This document shows positions 27,094 to 36,658 of a DNA stretch of 64,000 nt, one piece after another (position 1 is the stretch's first letter; each line of letters begins with the position of its first letter). Source of the stretch: Escherichia coli (GTDB lineage Bacteria > Pseudomonadota > Gammaproteobacteria > Enterobacterales > Enterobacteriaceae); assembly GCF_003018255.1 (NCBI RefSeq), contig NZ_CP027440.1, one strand, 5' to 3'. Under the pieces are notes generated by a model. It saw nothing but the letters and a program-made list of their open reading frames with translations. It had not been told where the DNA came from and did not search any database. Made by a program: the position numbers and the translations under genes.

Positions 27094-28429
27094 CGGACAG
27101 CCTCCTGTTTTTTCGGACGACAAAGATGTAGTACGCGCTGGCGAGGGCCAGCCAGATCAGGACGGTAACCAGGGTAATGCCGCCGCCGTCGGTGAAAAAT
27201 TGCCCGGCCATGATCAGCGCAATCAGCCCCACGGTGAGTGGCTGGATGTAGCGGGCGGCCGGAGCCTTGTATTTCAGCGTTCCGTCGTGCAGGGCTATTC
27301 GGTGCAGGGTGGGCTGGCTTAAGGCAATCATCAGCCAGGTGAACAGAAAGCCGAATCCGGAAATCCCGGCGAGGATGACATACGCATCTGGCGAGAGAAT
27401 GGCGATGATGACGCCGGTAAACAGCACCAGGCTGCTGGCAAGAATGGCGTTATCCGGTGTTTTATGTGCCGGGTGCAGGCGGGCAAACCAGGCCGGGAAA
27501 TAGCCGTCAGACGCCATGGCGTGCAGCATCCGCGAGGTGGCGTAAACCCCGGTATCGATGCAGGAGAGCGCGGCGGTCAGCACCACAAAGTTCATGATAT
27601 GCCGCGCCATATGGCCACCGAGAATGCCGGAAGCTTCGACATACGGGCTGCTGCTGACACCTGCCTGCTGCCAGGGGAGAACGAGCAGCAGAACGGTCAA
27701 TGAGCCGACATACAGCAACAGGATCCGCACCACGGTGCCACGCAGCGTACGAGGAATATCACGCTGTGGGTTCTCGCTTTCACCCGCGGCGGTGCCGATG
27801 GCCTCTGTCCCGCCGAAAGAGAAAATCACCATTAACATCGCGCCGAGAAATCCGGGCAGCCCGCCAGCAAAAAAGCTGCCGCTGTCGGTCGGATGACTGA
27901 TGCTGGCGGGTGAGGCGTTATCCAGTCCCAGGCTGTAGCAGCCCGCGACGATAAAGGCCAGCAGCGCCACGACTTTCACCAGGCTCAGCCAGAACTCCAC
28001 TTCACCGAAAAAATGAACGCCGACCATGTTGATGGCAGTCAGCGACGAAGCGATCACCAGGCAAAACAGCCAGACGGGGACTCCGGGAAACCACAGGTTC
28101 AGGAAGGTGCCTGCAGCGATGGCCTCCGACGCCGGGCCAATCAGGAAGGCCAGCCAGTAGGTCCACCCGGTGATAAAGCCACACCATGGGCCAAAGGCGG
28201 TGCGGGCATAGGATTCAAAGGAACCGGAGACGGGCCTGGCGACCGCCATTTCGGCAAGCAACAGCATAATGAACAGGGTGATGACACCGCCGATAAGGTA
28301 GGCCAGCACCACCGACGGCCCGGTACGGGCAATGGCCGCGCCTGCGCCGAGGAAAAATCCGGCACCAATCACGCCTCCCACGGAAATCATCGTCAGGTGA
28401 CGGGCTTTCAGACTTCTGTTGAGTTCCAT
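27071..28429 (-). CDS. Amino-acid permease (APC superfamily)
   Basis: 452 aa with about 12 transmembrane segments; N-terminal LTMISVGGVIGAGFFLGAG is a typical APC signature. Confidence 0.8.
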   Translation of the reverse strand: MELNRSLKARHLTMISVGGVIGAGFFLGAGAAIARTGPSVVLAYLIGGVITLFIMLLLAEMAVARPVSGSFESYARTAFGPWCGFITGWTYWLAFLIGPASEAIAAGTFLNLWFPGVPVWLFCLVIASSLTAINMVGVHFFGEVEFWLSLVKVVALLAFIVAGCYSLGLDNASPASISHPTDSGSFFAGGLPGFLGAMLMVIFSFGGTEAIGTAAGESENPQRDIPRTLRGTVVRILLLYVGSLTVLLLVLPWQQAGVSSSPYVEASGILGGHMARHIMNFVVLTAALSCIDTGVYATSRMLHAMASDGYFPAWFARLHPAHKTPDNAILASSLVLFTGVIIAILSPDAYVILAGISGFGFLFTWLMIALSQPTLHRIALHDGTLKYKAPAARYIQPLTVGLIALIMAGQFFTDGGGITLVTVLIWLALASAYYIFVVRKNRRLSDEKSHAQ

Positions 28430-28472
28430 AATGTCTTCTCTTTTGTTGTTGTGGATGGATTCAAGGCAGCGC

Positions 28473-28847
28473 TTATGGCCGTCCCTCCTCAATCAGCAGT
28501 TCACCGTACAGGTCGTGAAGTTTAGGGATTGGGCCGGAGAGATGAACGGCTCCCGAATGGCAGGCATTCAGGCTGCCGTTAAACACCATGGTCAGGTGGC
28601 CAAGTTCAAACAAAGACTGCTGTGCCTCTTTACCCACGGCGGTCACCAGGTAGTCATGGCTCGCCAGCAGCAGCCGATCGCCGGGCAGGATCAGCAGGTC
28701 GTCTTCGCGGAATGAGGGTTCCAGCGACAGGGAATAGTCCAGGCAGTCTTTCGGTCCGTTGCTGTCAAAGGTGATAAGCGTCCTGTCTGCCAGTCCGTCG
28801 GCGACAAACAGCCCGATAGCAACGATGCGTGCGCAGTAGGTCATCAT
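28473..28847 (-). CDS. Hypothetical protein (124 aa)
   Basis: ORF only; adjacent to the permease. Confidence 0.3.
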   Translation of the reverse strand: MMTYCARIVAIGLFVADGLADRTLITFDSNGPKDCLDYSLSLEPSFREDDLLILPGDRLLLASHDYLVTAVGKEAQQSLFELGHLTMVFNGSLNACHSGAVHLSGPIPKLHDLYGELLIEEGRP

Positions 28848-29065
28848 GGCTCGTTCTCCCGTTTGTCGGGCATGAGAGTACGGCCTGGTGTAGGTGAGCA
28901 GGCATGTAGCCTGAATAGGTGAATAAAGCCTTCAGTCCGGGAGGCCGGGTGAAGGTGGCCTCCGGTTGTAAGAGCGATGGAGCAAGGGTGTGGTTCGGTG
29001 TGCATAAACAACTCTCCTGTCAGGTGTCGTTGATTAATGCGTCCTGCCACTCACAGCGCGGGTCG

Positions 29066-29341
29066 TTATGTCCCGGAGTTTTCTGTTGTTGTCATGAGGT
29101 GAAGCGGTTTACGGGGTTCACGTTTATTTCCCGTATTGAGGTAACGTTCCGGCCAGATTTCTGACGGATGCTTTCCCAGCGCAATGGCAATCAGCCACTC
29201 ACCTTTCGGCCACGGTCGGTTCAGGGCATTCGCCAGCGTTGACGAGGCCAGTCCCGCTTCCCGCGAGAGTTTCGCCAGACTGGTGCCGCGCTTGTGTAAG
29301 GCGGCAATGATATCGGCGGGGTGCCAGTCTTTTTTAGTCAT
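29066..29341 (-). CDS. Nlp/Ner-family DNA-binding protein
   Basis: WHPADIIAALHKRGTSLAKLSREAGLASSTLANALNRPWPKGE closely resembles Nlp/Ner. Confidence 0.75.
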   Translation of the reverse strand: MTKKDWHPADIIAALHKRGTSLAKLSREAGLASSTLANALNRPWPKGEWLIAIALGKHPSEIWPERYLNTGNKREPRKPLHLMTTTENSGT

Positions 29342-29359
29342 TCCGTTTACCTCTATTGT

Positions 29360-29410
29360 TGACTATGAGTCACGAATGTATGCTAGCACGCTTTTTATGT
29401 GACTCATAGT
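29360..29410 (+). promoter_or_regulatory. Inverted pair of 13-bp sites GACTATGAGTCAC (29360-29372) and GTGACTCATAGTC (29398-29410) in a divergent promoter region
   Basis: Seen directly between the Nlp-like gene and the first Xre gene. Confidence 0.5.
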
Positions 29411-29448
29411 CCGTGGACTGATAATCAACGAAGATTGATGCTGGCTAG

Positions 29449-29712
29449 ATGGAAAAGACGGGATCAATCAAAAAGGTACTGGGTAAAAGAATCAGGGCTC
29501 TACGCCGTGAGATGGACCTATCCCAGGAAGCTTTAGCCGACAAATGCGGTATCGATCGCACCTATATGAGTGGAATTGAGCGAGGAGTAAGGAACCCCAC
29601 GCTTGTTGTCATTTGTGCAATCTCGGACGGTCTGGGGATGGATCTTAGCCATTTATTTATGTTTGACGATGGCGCAGAAAAGGACGCCGAATCAACGAAG
29701 TGTGACTCATAG
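29449..29712 (+). CDS. Xre-family HTH regulator (paralog A)
   Basis: LSQEALADKCGIDRTYMSGIERGVRNPTL helix-turn-helix. Confidence 0.7.
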   Translation: MEKTGSIKKVLGKRIRALRREMDLSQEALADKCGIDRTYMSGIERGVRNPTLVVICAISDGLGMDLSHLFMFDDGAEKDAESTKCDS

Positions 29713-29714
29713 TC
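29702..29714 (+). promoter_or_regulatory. Third copy of operator-like site GTGACTCATAGTC, overlapping the stop of Xre paralog A
   Basis: gtgactcatagtccgtgg(a/t)ctgata is repeated at 29398 and 29702. Confidence 0.5.
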
Positions 29715-29751
29715 CGTGGTCTGATAGACAACGTAAGTTCATTTTATCTGG

Positions 29752-29976
29752 ATGAAAAATACATCCAGTATTCAGGCGCAGTTTGGCGCACATCTCAAAA
29801 AACTCAGACTCCAGTCGGGCCTGTCTCAGGAAGCATTCGCGGATAAGTGTGGTCTCGATCGTACTTATGTGAGCGGTATTGAGCGGGGAGTAAGGAATCC
29901 AACCCTTGAGGTGATAAGTGTTTTAGGAAAAGGGTTGGACATGGACATCAAAGAATTATTCAACTTTGAAAGATAG
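29752..29976 (+). CDS. Xre-family HTH regulator (paralog B)
   Basis: LSQEAFADKCGLDRTYVSGIERGVRNPTL; tandem paralog of the previous gene. Confidence 0.7.
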   Translation: MKNTSSIQAQFGAHLKKLRLQSGLSQEAFADKCGLDRTYVSGIERGVRNPTLEVISVLGKGLDMDIKELFNFER

Positions 29977-29978
29977 GT

Positions 29979-30899
29979 TTATCTATTAGTAGCAACTCTA
30001 TCCGCAGCAGTACGGGTAACTTGATTTCCAACATCCCAGCCGTTTTCATCTGGGAGTGACATCCCATCCATTGGCATTAGGATAAAACCACCAATAGTTG
30101 GTCCAAATGACTCAGTAGTGTTAATTCCTGCATAGCTTGTTCTGATAATATTTTCATTCAAATTGGTCAAAAATGATATTCGAGTACCAAGTGGGTGCGC
30201 GGTTACCATTTGGATGTATCCACCAATAGTATTGACTGTTTCTTGGTTAATCCAATTATTCAAAGCAATAAACGGGGTACGCCACCAATTTATTGTGTTA
30301 GGAGTAAATTGTTGCCTGGTATTCTCTATAAACTCATTAAGTTCATGCAAGTTATCACCTAATAAAACAGGTCTGCCTGTTGATAAATTTTGAATATCTT
30401 CAATCTGGAGGTTGGCTGGGTGCTCAATAGAGTTATTGAGTTTTATAATTTTGTAGGTTTGTGTTCTCCAGCAAAAACCAAAAATTATCATCTGTATTCT
30501 TACTGCTTGGGGAAAGGATTGGCCGATATCAGACATATATTGCTCGGCAATATTTTTTGCTAATGAAGCTATTTCATTAAGACTTGGGAATGCTTCGGTC
30601 GATATTTGTTGTTCTGGATTATTGTTCGCAATCTCATGAAGTCTTGCTAATGATACTGCAAGCATTTCTTTGACATTAATTCCAATCATTGTACTTCCTG
30701 CAAATCCGAAGCCAAATTCGAATATTTTTTGCGGGTGAATTCGATAAACGTCCGAAGAGCGAATAACTGATACGGGGATTGAGAATAATTTCGGACAATG
30801 GTCAGTTAGTCTGCTATTTTGCTGAGTGATTCTTGAGTCGCTGACTGCCCAAATACTATCGCTTTCCTCTCTATTAAACCAACATGCAATTGCGGTCAT
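29979..30899 (-). CDS. Candidate N-terminal-nucleophile hydrolase with proteasome-beta/HslV-like N-terminal region and ~130-aa C-terminal extension
   Basis: From the internal start, M-TAIACWFNREESDSIWAVSDSRIT...FGFGFAGS echoes HslV TTIVSV...VIAGDGQAT...AGFAGG; AT-rich. Confidence 0.45.
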   Translation of the reverse strand: MTAIACWFNREESDSIWAVSDSRITQQNSRLTDHCPKLFSIPVSVIRSSDVYRIHPQKIFEFGFGFAGSTMIGINVKEMLAVSLARLHEIANNNPEQQISTEAFPSLNEIASLAKNIAEQYMSDIGQSFPQAVRIQMIIFGFCWRTQTYKIIKLNNSIEHPANLQIEDIQNLSTGRPVLLGDNLHELNEFIENTRQQFTPNTINWWRTPFIALNNWINQETVNTIGGYIQMVTAHPLGTRISFLTNLNENIIRTSYAGINTTESFGPTIGGFILMPMDGMSLPDENGWDVGNQVTRTAADRVATNR

Positions 30900-30947
30900 A
30901 AGGTTTTTCCAGTTATTTAACATTAATGCGAATAGCTTAGCATATTT

Positions 30948-33590
30948 TTATTGCGAGATTACCGAGCTTAGGGTTATCGCCGCCTCCACTTCACTACACC
31001 CTGTCTCCTTCATAATCCGCATCCTATCGGCCTTTTCATGTTTCTCTGTCATCGCCAGCGCCAGATAGAGCGCTGGCGGCACCACCCGAAACAGTGCCTC
31101 TATACGCGGTGAAAGCACCACGCCCTCGGTATACTGCCCCGGTGATTTTACCGCTGAGCGCAGCAGTTGGCTCTGTTCTTCCGTAAGCGCTTTAAACCGG
31201 CAGACCTGCTCGATCTCTTCCGGCGGCATCACCAGTAGTTCCCACCATTCGATCATATTGAGCAGCTTCTTCGCCTCATCAGGAAAATCCGCCAGGTTCT
31301 GGGTGGCGAGCCACAGCCAGATACCGAGCTTGCGCCACATCTTCGAGCCTTTGGTGAGAAAGCGCGCCAATAAGGGATTAACAGTGATGATATGCGCCTC
31401 ATCGGTGATATTGACGATAGGCCTCGCCAGATGCTGGGCGCGCTCGCCGAGGTTATTGATATGGTTAATCAGCGAGATATAGCTGATGGCAAGCTGCGCT
31501 TCATAGCCTTCGCGGGCAAAGGTGGCGAGATCCACTAGGGTGATATCCGCCTCCGGCCACATCTGGCCTTCACGGTTAAACAGTTCGCCTTCAAACCCGG
31601 CGCAGAACAGGTTGATGGATTCCGCCATTTCATACGCCCTCTGGCGGCGGGCTTCCGGCAGACTGTTGTCGCGGGAAAGGGCGAACAGTGCGTCACGGAT
31701 ATCCTGGGTCAGCGTCTGTCGTTTTTCCTCGTAGCAGGTGTGCGCGGCAGCGATAATCGCCTGGCGGATCATCGCCCGATCCGGCCGGGTGAGGCGCGCA
31801 TCCTCTTTCGCTTCACCACCGGTAATCATCAACCGGGCGGTGATCTCCATTTCACCCAGCACGTCGCGCTGGTCATCGCCGTCGCTCTCTTCGTCCTCTG
31901 GCGGTTCGGCGTCGGTAACTGCCTGTTCCACCAGTCGCCACGCATCGGCGAACAGGGGCAGGGTGACGCCAGAACCGGGGCGCAGGCTGATTTTATTCAC
32001 CGTCAGGCCGTGGGCGGCGGCGTAGTCGGCCATCAGGCCAAATGAGTTTCCGGCCTCGATGATAAACAGGCGCGGACGATGTAGCGCCATCAGTTGCGCG
32101 ATTTTCGCGTTGAGGGTGGCGGATTTGCCCGCTCCGGTTGGCCCAAGAAGTAAAAGGTGTCCGTTCTGGGCACGATCCAGCTTGTTCAGCGGATCGAAGC
32201 ACAGCGGCGTGCCGCCCCGGTTGAAGTAGCTGATCCCCGGATGCCCGGTGCCGGTTTCCCGTCCGTACAGCGGCAGCAGCCCGGCGATATGCTGCACAAA
32301 GTTGAGCCGGGTATACAGCCCGCGCGGGTCGCGCAGGGGATCGAAGCACATCGGCAGCCAGCGCAGCCAGTGGCTTAAGGGGGCGACTTCGTGCTGCTCC
32401 TGCACCGGAACCAGCCCGGCGTTGAGCAGCAGGCTCTGTAGCTGACGCTGCTGGCGGAACAGGATATCGGTGTCCGGCGCGCTGAGATAAAACGCCAGCG
32501 TGCTGCGGTAGAGTTTATGGCCGTCCTTCAGGAAGCTTCGCACCTCGCTGCAGTCGCGGCGGGTGTATTCCGAATCGGTATTGTCGCCAATCGCCCGGTC
32601 GGCCAGGCGGCTGATGTGTTGCTCCAGCTTGTCCTGCGGATACACCACCACGGTCAGGTTCATGATGGTTCCGCCAGGCAGCAGGTCGACCAGGGCGTTA
32701 ATGCCGTCTCCGCGCGCGGTTTCCCCGGTCAGCAGGCCGGGCGGCGGCGCTTTGCGCAGGCGGTCAACCACCACCACTTTATGCGGGCGGTTATCCAGCC
32801 ACCAGACGCCGTTTGCCGCATCCGAACGGGGTTCACTCGCCAGCAGGCGTTCGGCGAAATCGGCCAGGACCGGCAGCGGTTCAGTTTCCGGCAGGTCAAG
32901 CTGCTGCCAGAAGGCTTTTTTGTCCTCAGCAGGCGGCGCGGGATTAAACCAGCGCACCAGCCAGCGGTGAATGTCCTGCTCATTCTGGCGGATAGCGCTG
33001 ATACCCGCCGCTTTTAGCCCGGCGGTAAGGCGTTCGCAGATATTATTCAGCGTCTCTTCCGGCGACGGTTCATCCGGTGAAAGTCCAGGAAGCCATCGGT
33101 ACACCACCATCCGCGTGCGCCGCCACGTCGCCCGCCAGCGGGTACGGGTGACGGTGTTATCGAGAAACAGTCCCTCGTCGCGGGTGAGATTCACCATATG
33201 GTTTGCCATCTGTGTGAGCCACTCGCGGGTAAAGGCGGAGTCGCGGATTTCCGGTGCGGCGTAAGAGGCAAGTGATGCCAGCCACGCCTCGCTGTCGTCC
33301 TCATCCTGACAGAAAAACTGTACCACCCACGGTGCGCGCTCATGCTCATCAAACGCATCCTGTAAGGCATCGGTGACGGTATCGCGGACCTGTTCCAGAA
33401 ACGCCGTTGAGCGGCCTTCGGTGCCAACGGGATATAGCTCAAATACGGCACCTACCGAGCGGCCATCTTCCAGCAGCAGCGTCTGCGACTCCGGCAAAAA
33501 CTCCACCCACGGCAGCCAGTCGACAAATGACGGGCCCTTGCGGTAGCTGGTATTCAGCGCCTGTTCAGTCAGGCCGCGCCGTTCATTCAT
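30948..33590 (-). CDS. Conjugative-transfer ATPase (TraC/VirB4-like)
   Basis: 880 aa; Walker A LLLLGPTGAGKSATL. Confidence 0.85.
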   Translation of the reverse strand: MNERRGLTEQALNTSYRKGPSFVDWLPWVEFLPESQTLLLEDGRSVGAVFELYPVGTEGRSTAFLEQVRDTVTDALQDAFDEHERAPWVVQFFCQDEDDSEAWLASLASYAAPEIRDSAFTREWLTQMANHMVNLTRDEGLFLDNTVTRTRWRATWRRTRMVVYRWLPGLSPDEPSPEETLNNICERLTAGLKAAGISAIRQNEQDIHRWLVRWFNPAPPAEDKKAFWQQLDLPETEPLPVLADFAERLLASEPRSDAANGVWWLDNRPHKVVVVDRLRKAPPPGLLTGETARGDGINALVDLLPGGTIMNLTVVVYPQDKLEQHISRLADRAIGDNTDSEYTRRDCSEVRSFLKDGHKLYRSTLAFYLSAPDTDILFRQQRQLQSLLLNAGLVPVQEQHEVAPLSHWLRWLPMCFDPLRDPRGLYTRLNFVQHIAGLLPLYGRETGTGHPGISYFNRGGTPLCFDPLNKLDRAQNGHLLLLGPTGAGKSATLNAKIAQLMALHRPRLFIIEAGNSFGLMADYAAAHGLTVNKISLRPGSGVTLPLFADAWRLVEQAVTDAEPPEDEESDGDDQRDVLGEMEITARLMITGGEAKEDARLTRPDRAMIRQAIIAAAHTCYEEKRQTLTQDIRDALFALSRDNSLPEARRQRAYEMAESINLFCAGFEGELFNREGQMWPEADITLVDLATFAREGYEAQLAISYISLINHINNLGERAQHLARPIVNITDEAHIITVNPLLARFLTKGSKMWRKLGIWLWLATQNLADFPDEAKKLLNMIEWWELLVMPPEEIEQVCRFKALTEEQSQLLRSAVKSPGQYTEGVVLSPRIEALFRVVPPALYLALAMTEKHEKADRMRIMKETGCSEVEAAITLSSVISQ

Positions 33591-33946
33591 GGCGGCGTCA
33601 GGCGTTCGCCCGGCAACGCATACTGCGGACGGGTATAGAAGGGGAAAACGGTGCTGTAGCCGGGTACCGGCGTGTTGCTGTTGAGGTGCTGGAAGACGTA
33701 AAGCACCATATCCGGGTTGGGCAGGCGCGGAAACTGGCTGCGGATAGTGTCTGCCTCAGGCTGCGCCACCGGACCATCTGGCGGGCGGCGTAGCTGGGCG
33801 CGGGCATCCAGCAGAGCCGCGTTGCCGCCGCTTTGCTGCTGCCACAGCGTCAGCATGCTGGCATTGGGGTCGACAGGCATCAGTTCCTCCTGCGAGGTGC
33901 TGCATCCGGCCAGTAACAACAGAAGTATAAGGATGGTAAATTTCAT
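33587..33946 (-). CDS. ICE T4SS-associated lipoprotein
   Basis: Lipobox LLLLLAGCSTS. Confidence 0.5.
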   Translation of the reverse strand: MKFTILILLLLLAGCSTSQEELMPVDPNASMLTLWQQQSGGNAALLDARAQLRRPPDGPVAQPEADTIRSQFPRLPNPDMVLYVFQHLNSNTPVPGYSTVFPFYTRPQYALPGERLTPP

Positions 33947-35238
33947 TCCAGACCTCCCGGTGTGCTGGCCTGCTGGTATTTCACCTGACGGCCTTCCGGC
34001 TCGTAGTCGATAGACAGCGCTTCGGTGAGATGCACCGCCACCTTGTGGCCCGGCGGCACGTACACGGCGTCGAACATCTGGCCGTAGTGCTGTTTCATCC
34101 AGTCGGCGGTCTCTTTCAGCCCGCCGCCAATAGCCTGGCCGAGCACGTACTGACCGTTGTTGCCCGTCACTGCGCTGGTGATGCTGCCGTCCTCGACCAC
34201 TGTGGTGCTTTCGCCATTGGCGAAGGCCTGCGCCGCCGCACCGGAACCCGCCAGCAGGAACTGCGAGGTCAGGTACTCCTTCGCATTGCTTTTACGCTCG
34301 CCGGGAATACATGGCAGCCCCTGGTTATCCGAAAGCCAGCCGATCTCCTGCTGTTTGTTGCCGGATTTGCCGCCCTGCGGGACGGTGCGGATGATGCCGT
34401 CGTGAAACACAAAGGTCATCGAGGTGATTTGCCCGCGCACACAGGAGAGCGTCCAGTCTCCCGAGGCGATGCCGGAGACCACCGCGCCCGCCACGTCCGG
34501 CAGCTCAACGCCATTGGCGGTGAGGTTGTCCTCGCCAATCAGAAGTTTAAACGGGTAGGGATCGCTGACGGTGCCGTTAAGCGGCACGCGGCCAATCAGC
34601 GCCGTCATCGCCACCGATCCGGTCAGCGTGGCGTTCTGCGGCAGGGTGTAGACCTTCACGTCAGGTTTCGGCGGTGGTTTGTCGGCCGCTTTCAGAGGGA
34701 CGCGCAGCAGCTTTTCATCCACAGGTGGAGGCGCATCCAGCGGCTCCAGCCAGCGGATATCGGGTTGAACGTCGGCAGGTAGTTCGCCGGGCGTCAGCCC
34801 CAGACCGGGCGGGATATCGTCCGGGCGCTTGGCCATCAGACGGTCGAGCTTATCCAGCAGCCCGCGCTGGCTTTTCACCAGTTCATCGCGCATCTGGTCC
34901 TGCTGGCGGCGCATGTCTTCCCGAAGCTGAGAGGCCAGCGTGGCCTGCTGTGCGTTAAGCCGTTTTTCGCGCGCCTGCTGGCTTTCGTTGTTTGTCTGGA
35001 TTGCCTGAAGTTCGCGGCGGTACTGTTTCATCTGGCCGACCAGCGTGGCGACGGTGTCGGCGGGCGTGTCGCCGTCGATGCCCAGATCGCGCAGTTCCTG
35101 CGGCGTTAAGGCCGCCACGGTGCGGGACAGGGAAGTCTCCTGCGTGTTTTTGCTGGCCGGGCGCAGCAGCAGCCATACCGTTACCAGTACGATGAGCGGC
35201 AGCAGGATTTTCAGCAGCAGGCTCTGGCGCGGCATCAT
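33943..35238 (-). CDS. ICE T4SS protein, VirB10/TraB-like
   Basis: N-terminal transmembrane anchor, coiled-coil, Pro-rich linker and C-terminal beta-rich domain. Confidence 0.5.
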   Translation of the reverse strand: MMPRQSLLLKILLPLIVLVTVWLLLRPASKNTQETSLSRTVAALTPQELRDLGIDGDTPADTVATLVGQMKQYRRELQAIQTNNESQQAREKRLNAQQATLASQLREDMRRQQDQMRDELVKSQRGLLDKLDRLMAKRPDDIPPGLGLTPGELPADVQPDIRWLEPLDAPPPVDEKLLRVPLKAADKPPPKPDVKVYTLPQNATLTGSVAMTALIGRVPLNGTVSDPYPFKLLIGEDNLTANGVELPDVAGAVVSGIASGDWTLSCVRGQITSMTFVFHDGIIRTVPQGGKSGNKQQEIGWLSDNQGLPCIPGERKSNAKEYLTSQFLLAGSGAAAQAFANGESTTVVEDGSITSAVTGNNGQYVLGQAIGGGLKETADWMKQHYGQMFDAVYVPPGHKVAVHLTEALSIDYEPEGRQVKYQQASTPGGLE

Positions 35239-36002
35239 GGTTTGGGCTCCGGCAGCAGGGCGCGGGAAACCGGACCTTCCGTCACCAGGTACGCCACGGT
35301 GGTATCTTCTGCCAGACCACGCGGGCCGAGCCAGTCATGCTGGAACGCGGCAGCGGTGAACTGCCCCTGAAGCTCGCGCGGATCGAGCGTGATGCGCTGT
35401 CCGCTGTGATTTTGCAGGCGGATGGCGGTGACGGTGGTGGCGTTGACCTGCCATGACGCCAGCGGGGTGGCGGTAACCGGCTGCTGCGGCAGTAAAGTGG
35501 TGATGCGTTTCGCCAGCCGGACGGGCGCAGGTGTGACGCCGGGCAGGGCTTCGACGGTGCGCAGCGGCGCATACAGATTTTGCGCGGCGTAGCGCACCAG
35601 CAAGACGGGCAGAGGTTCTGTTGATGCTGTCACCGGGACGGATGTTTTTGCTGTGGCAGGCGTCTGCGGCGTATAGCTAATTTGCATTGGTTCAAGTGTC
35701 GAAGTGCCCTGGGTGGCATGAATATCCAGCAGGATCAGCTCACCGTTGCCGGTATCACGTAACTGGATGCGGGTGGCCGGGAACGCCGTGTTCGCCAGCA
35801 GGAAGACCTTGCCGCCTGCGCTTTGCAGACGCACTTTGCCTTCCAGCGTGGCGGGATAGCCAATGCGCACCGGTTTACCCACGTCAACAATTCGCTCCTG
35901 CCCGACATGCAGCGTGACGGGCAGCGGGATGTTTTCCCACTGCACCACTTCCGTGGCGAAGGCGGGGAAACTGAACAATAAAGTAAAGAGGACTGGCTTC
36001 AT
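35235..36002 (-). CDS. ICE T4SS protein, VirB9-like, secreted
   Basis: Signal peptide MKPVLFTLLFSFPAFA. Start has a 1-bp uncertainty: my base count and the ORF track disagree by one here. Confidence 0.45.
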   Translation of the reverse strand: MKPVLFTLLFSFPAFATEVVQWENIPLPVTLHVGQERIVDVGKPVRIGYPATLEGKVRLQSAGGKVFLLANTAFPATRIQLRDTGNGELILLDIHATQGTSTLEPMQISYTPQTPATAKTSVPVTASTEPLPVLLVRYAAQNLYAPLRTVEALPGVTPAPVRLAKRITTLLPQQPVTATPLASWQVNATTVTAIRLQNHSGQRITLDPRELQGQFTAAAFQHDWLGPRGLAEDTTVAYLVTEGPVSRALLPEPKP

Positions 36003-36658
36003 GGTTTCTCCTCCGCCACCAGACGCTGCGGCGCGGCATCGGTACAGTCGATCGCCAGTCCCCACGGATTTTTCTCCGCATCGATGGCGTAGCGCACCAC
36101 CTGCAACGGGTAGCGCACCAGCGCTTTTTTCACCGGCTCGTTCTGGTAGTACTCTTCCACCGCCACATCCAGCGTTACCCGCCATGAATCCCGGCTCAGC
36201 GCCTCCACGCGCGGGAAGGGGCGCTTCTCGCCCTCATGCACCAGGCTGCTGTAGCCGTGGCCGGGCAGTTCATAGACGCCGCGCGTGCGGTCGCGCAGTT
36301 CACCGCCGTTGCGACGCACCTGAAAATCGTGCTCCAGCCGGGTGTAACAGGCGGGCGTCAGGTAGGCACGCAGCGAACGAAGATTACGGGAATAGTCCTC
36401 CTCGCCGTTATCCGGCCAGCGGTTAAGCTGCTGGAAGATATAAAAGGTGAAGGCGTAGACGCTGGCGGGAGGCACTTCCCACCACGGGCGGGTGCTGCCG
36501 CTGCGCAGATCCGGCGGGAACCAGAGGGTGAGCTTTTGCGGCGCGCTGTACCAGCCGTAGCCGACGCCCGCCAGACACAGGCACAGCAGAACAATCACCG
36601 CCCGCAGCGTCAGGATATGGTTATCGCGCTCAGCCAGCGCATGGCGAAAGCGGCTCAT
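35999..36658 (-). CDS. ICE T4SS protein, VirB8-like
   Basis: Single N-terminal transmembrane segment; start at MSRFRH. Confidence 0.4.
   Translation of the reverse strand: MSRFRHALAERDNHILTLRAVIVLLCLCLAGVGYGWYSAPQKLTLWFPPDLRSGSTRPWWEVPPASVYAFTFYIFQQLNRWPDNGEEDYSRNLRSLRAYLTPACYTRLEHDFQVRRNGGELRDRTRGVYELPGHGYSSLVHEGEKRPFPRVEALSRDSWRVTLDVAVEEYYQNEPVKKALVRYPLQVVRYAIDAEKNPWGLAIDCTDAAPQRLVAEEKP

Noticed and set aside
34030-34782. 250-aa plus-strand ORF
   Set aside because: Antisense to the VirB10-like gene; Arg-rich shadow ORF in high-GC sequence.
35999-36003. Exact start/stop junction of the VirB9-like and VirB8-like genes
   Set aside because: My manual base count places the codons 1 bp to the right of the ORF-track coordinates here; I kept the track frame and flag a 1-bp uncertainty rather than calling a frameshift.
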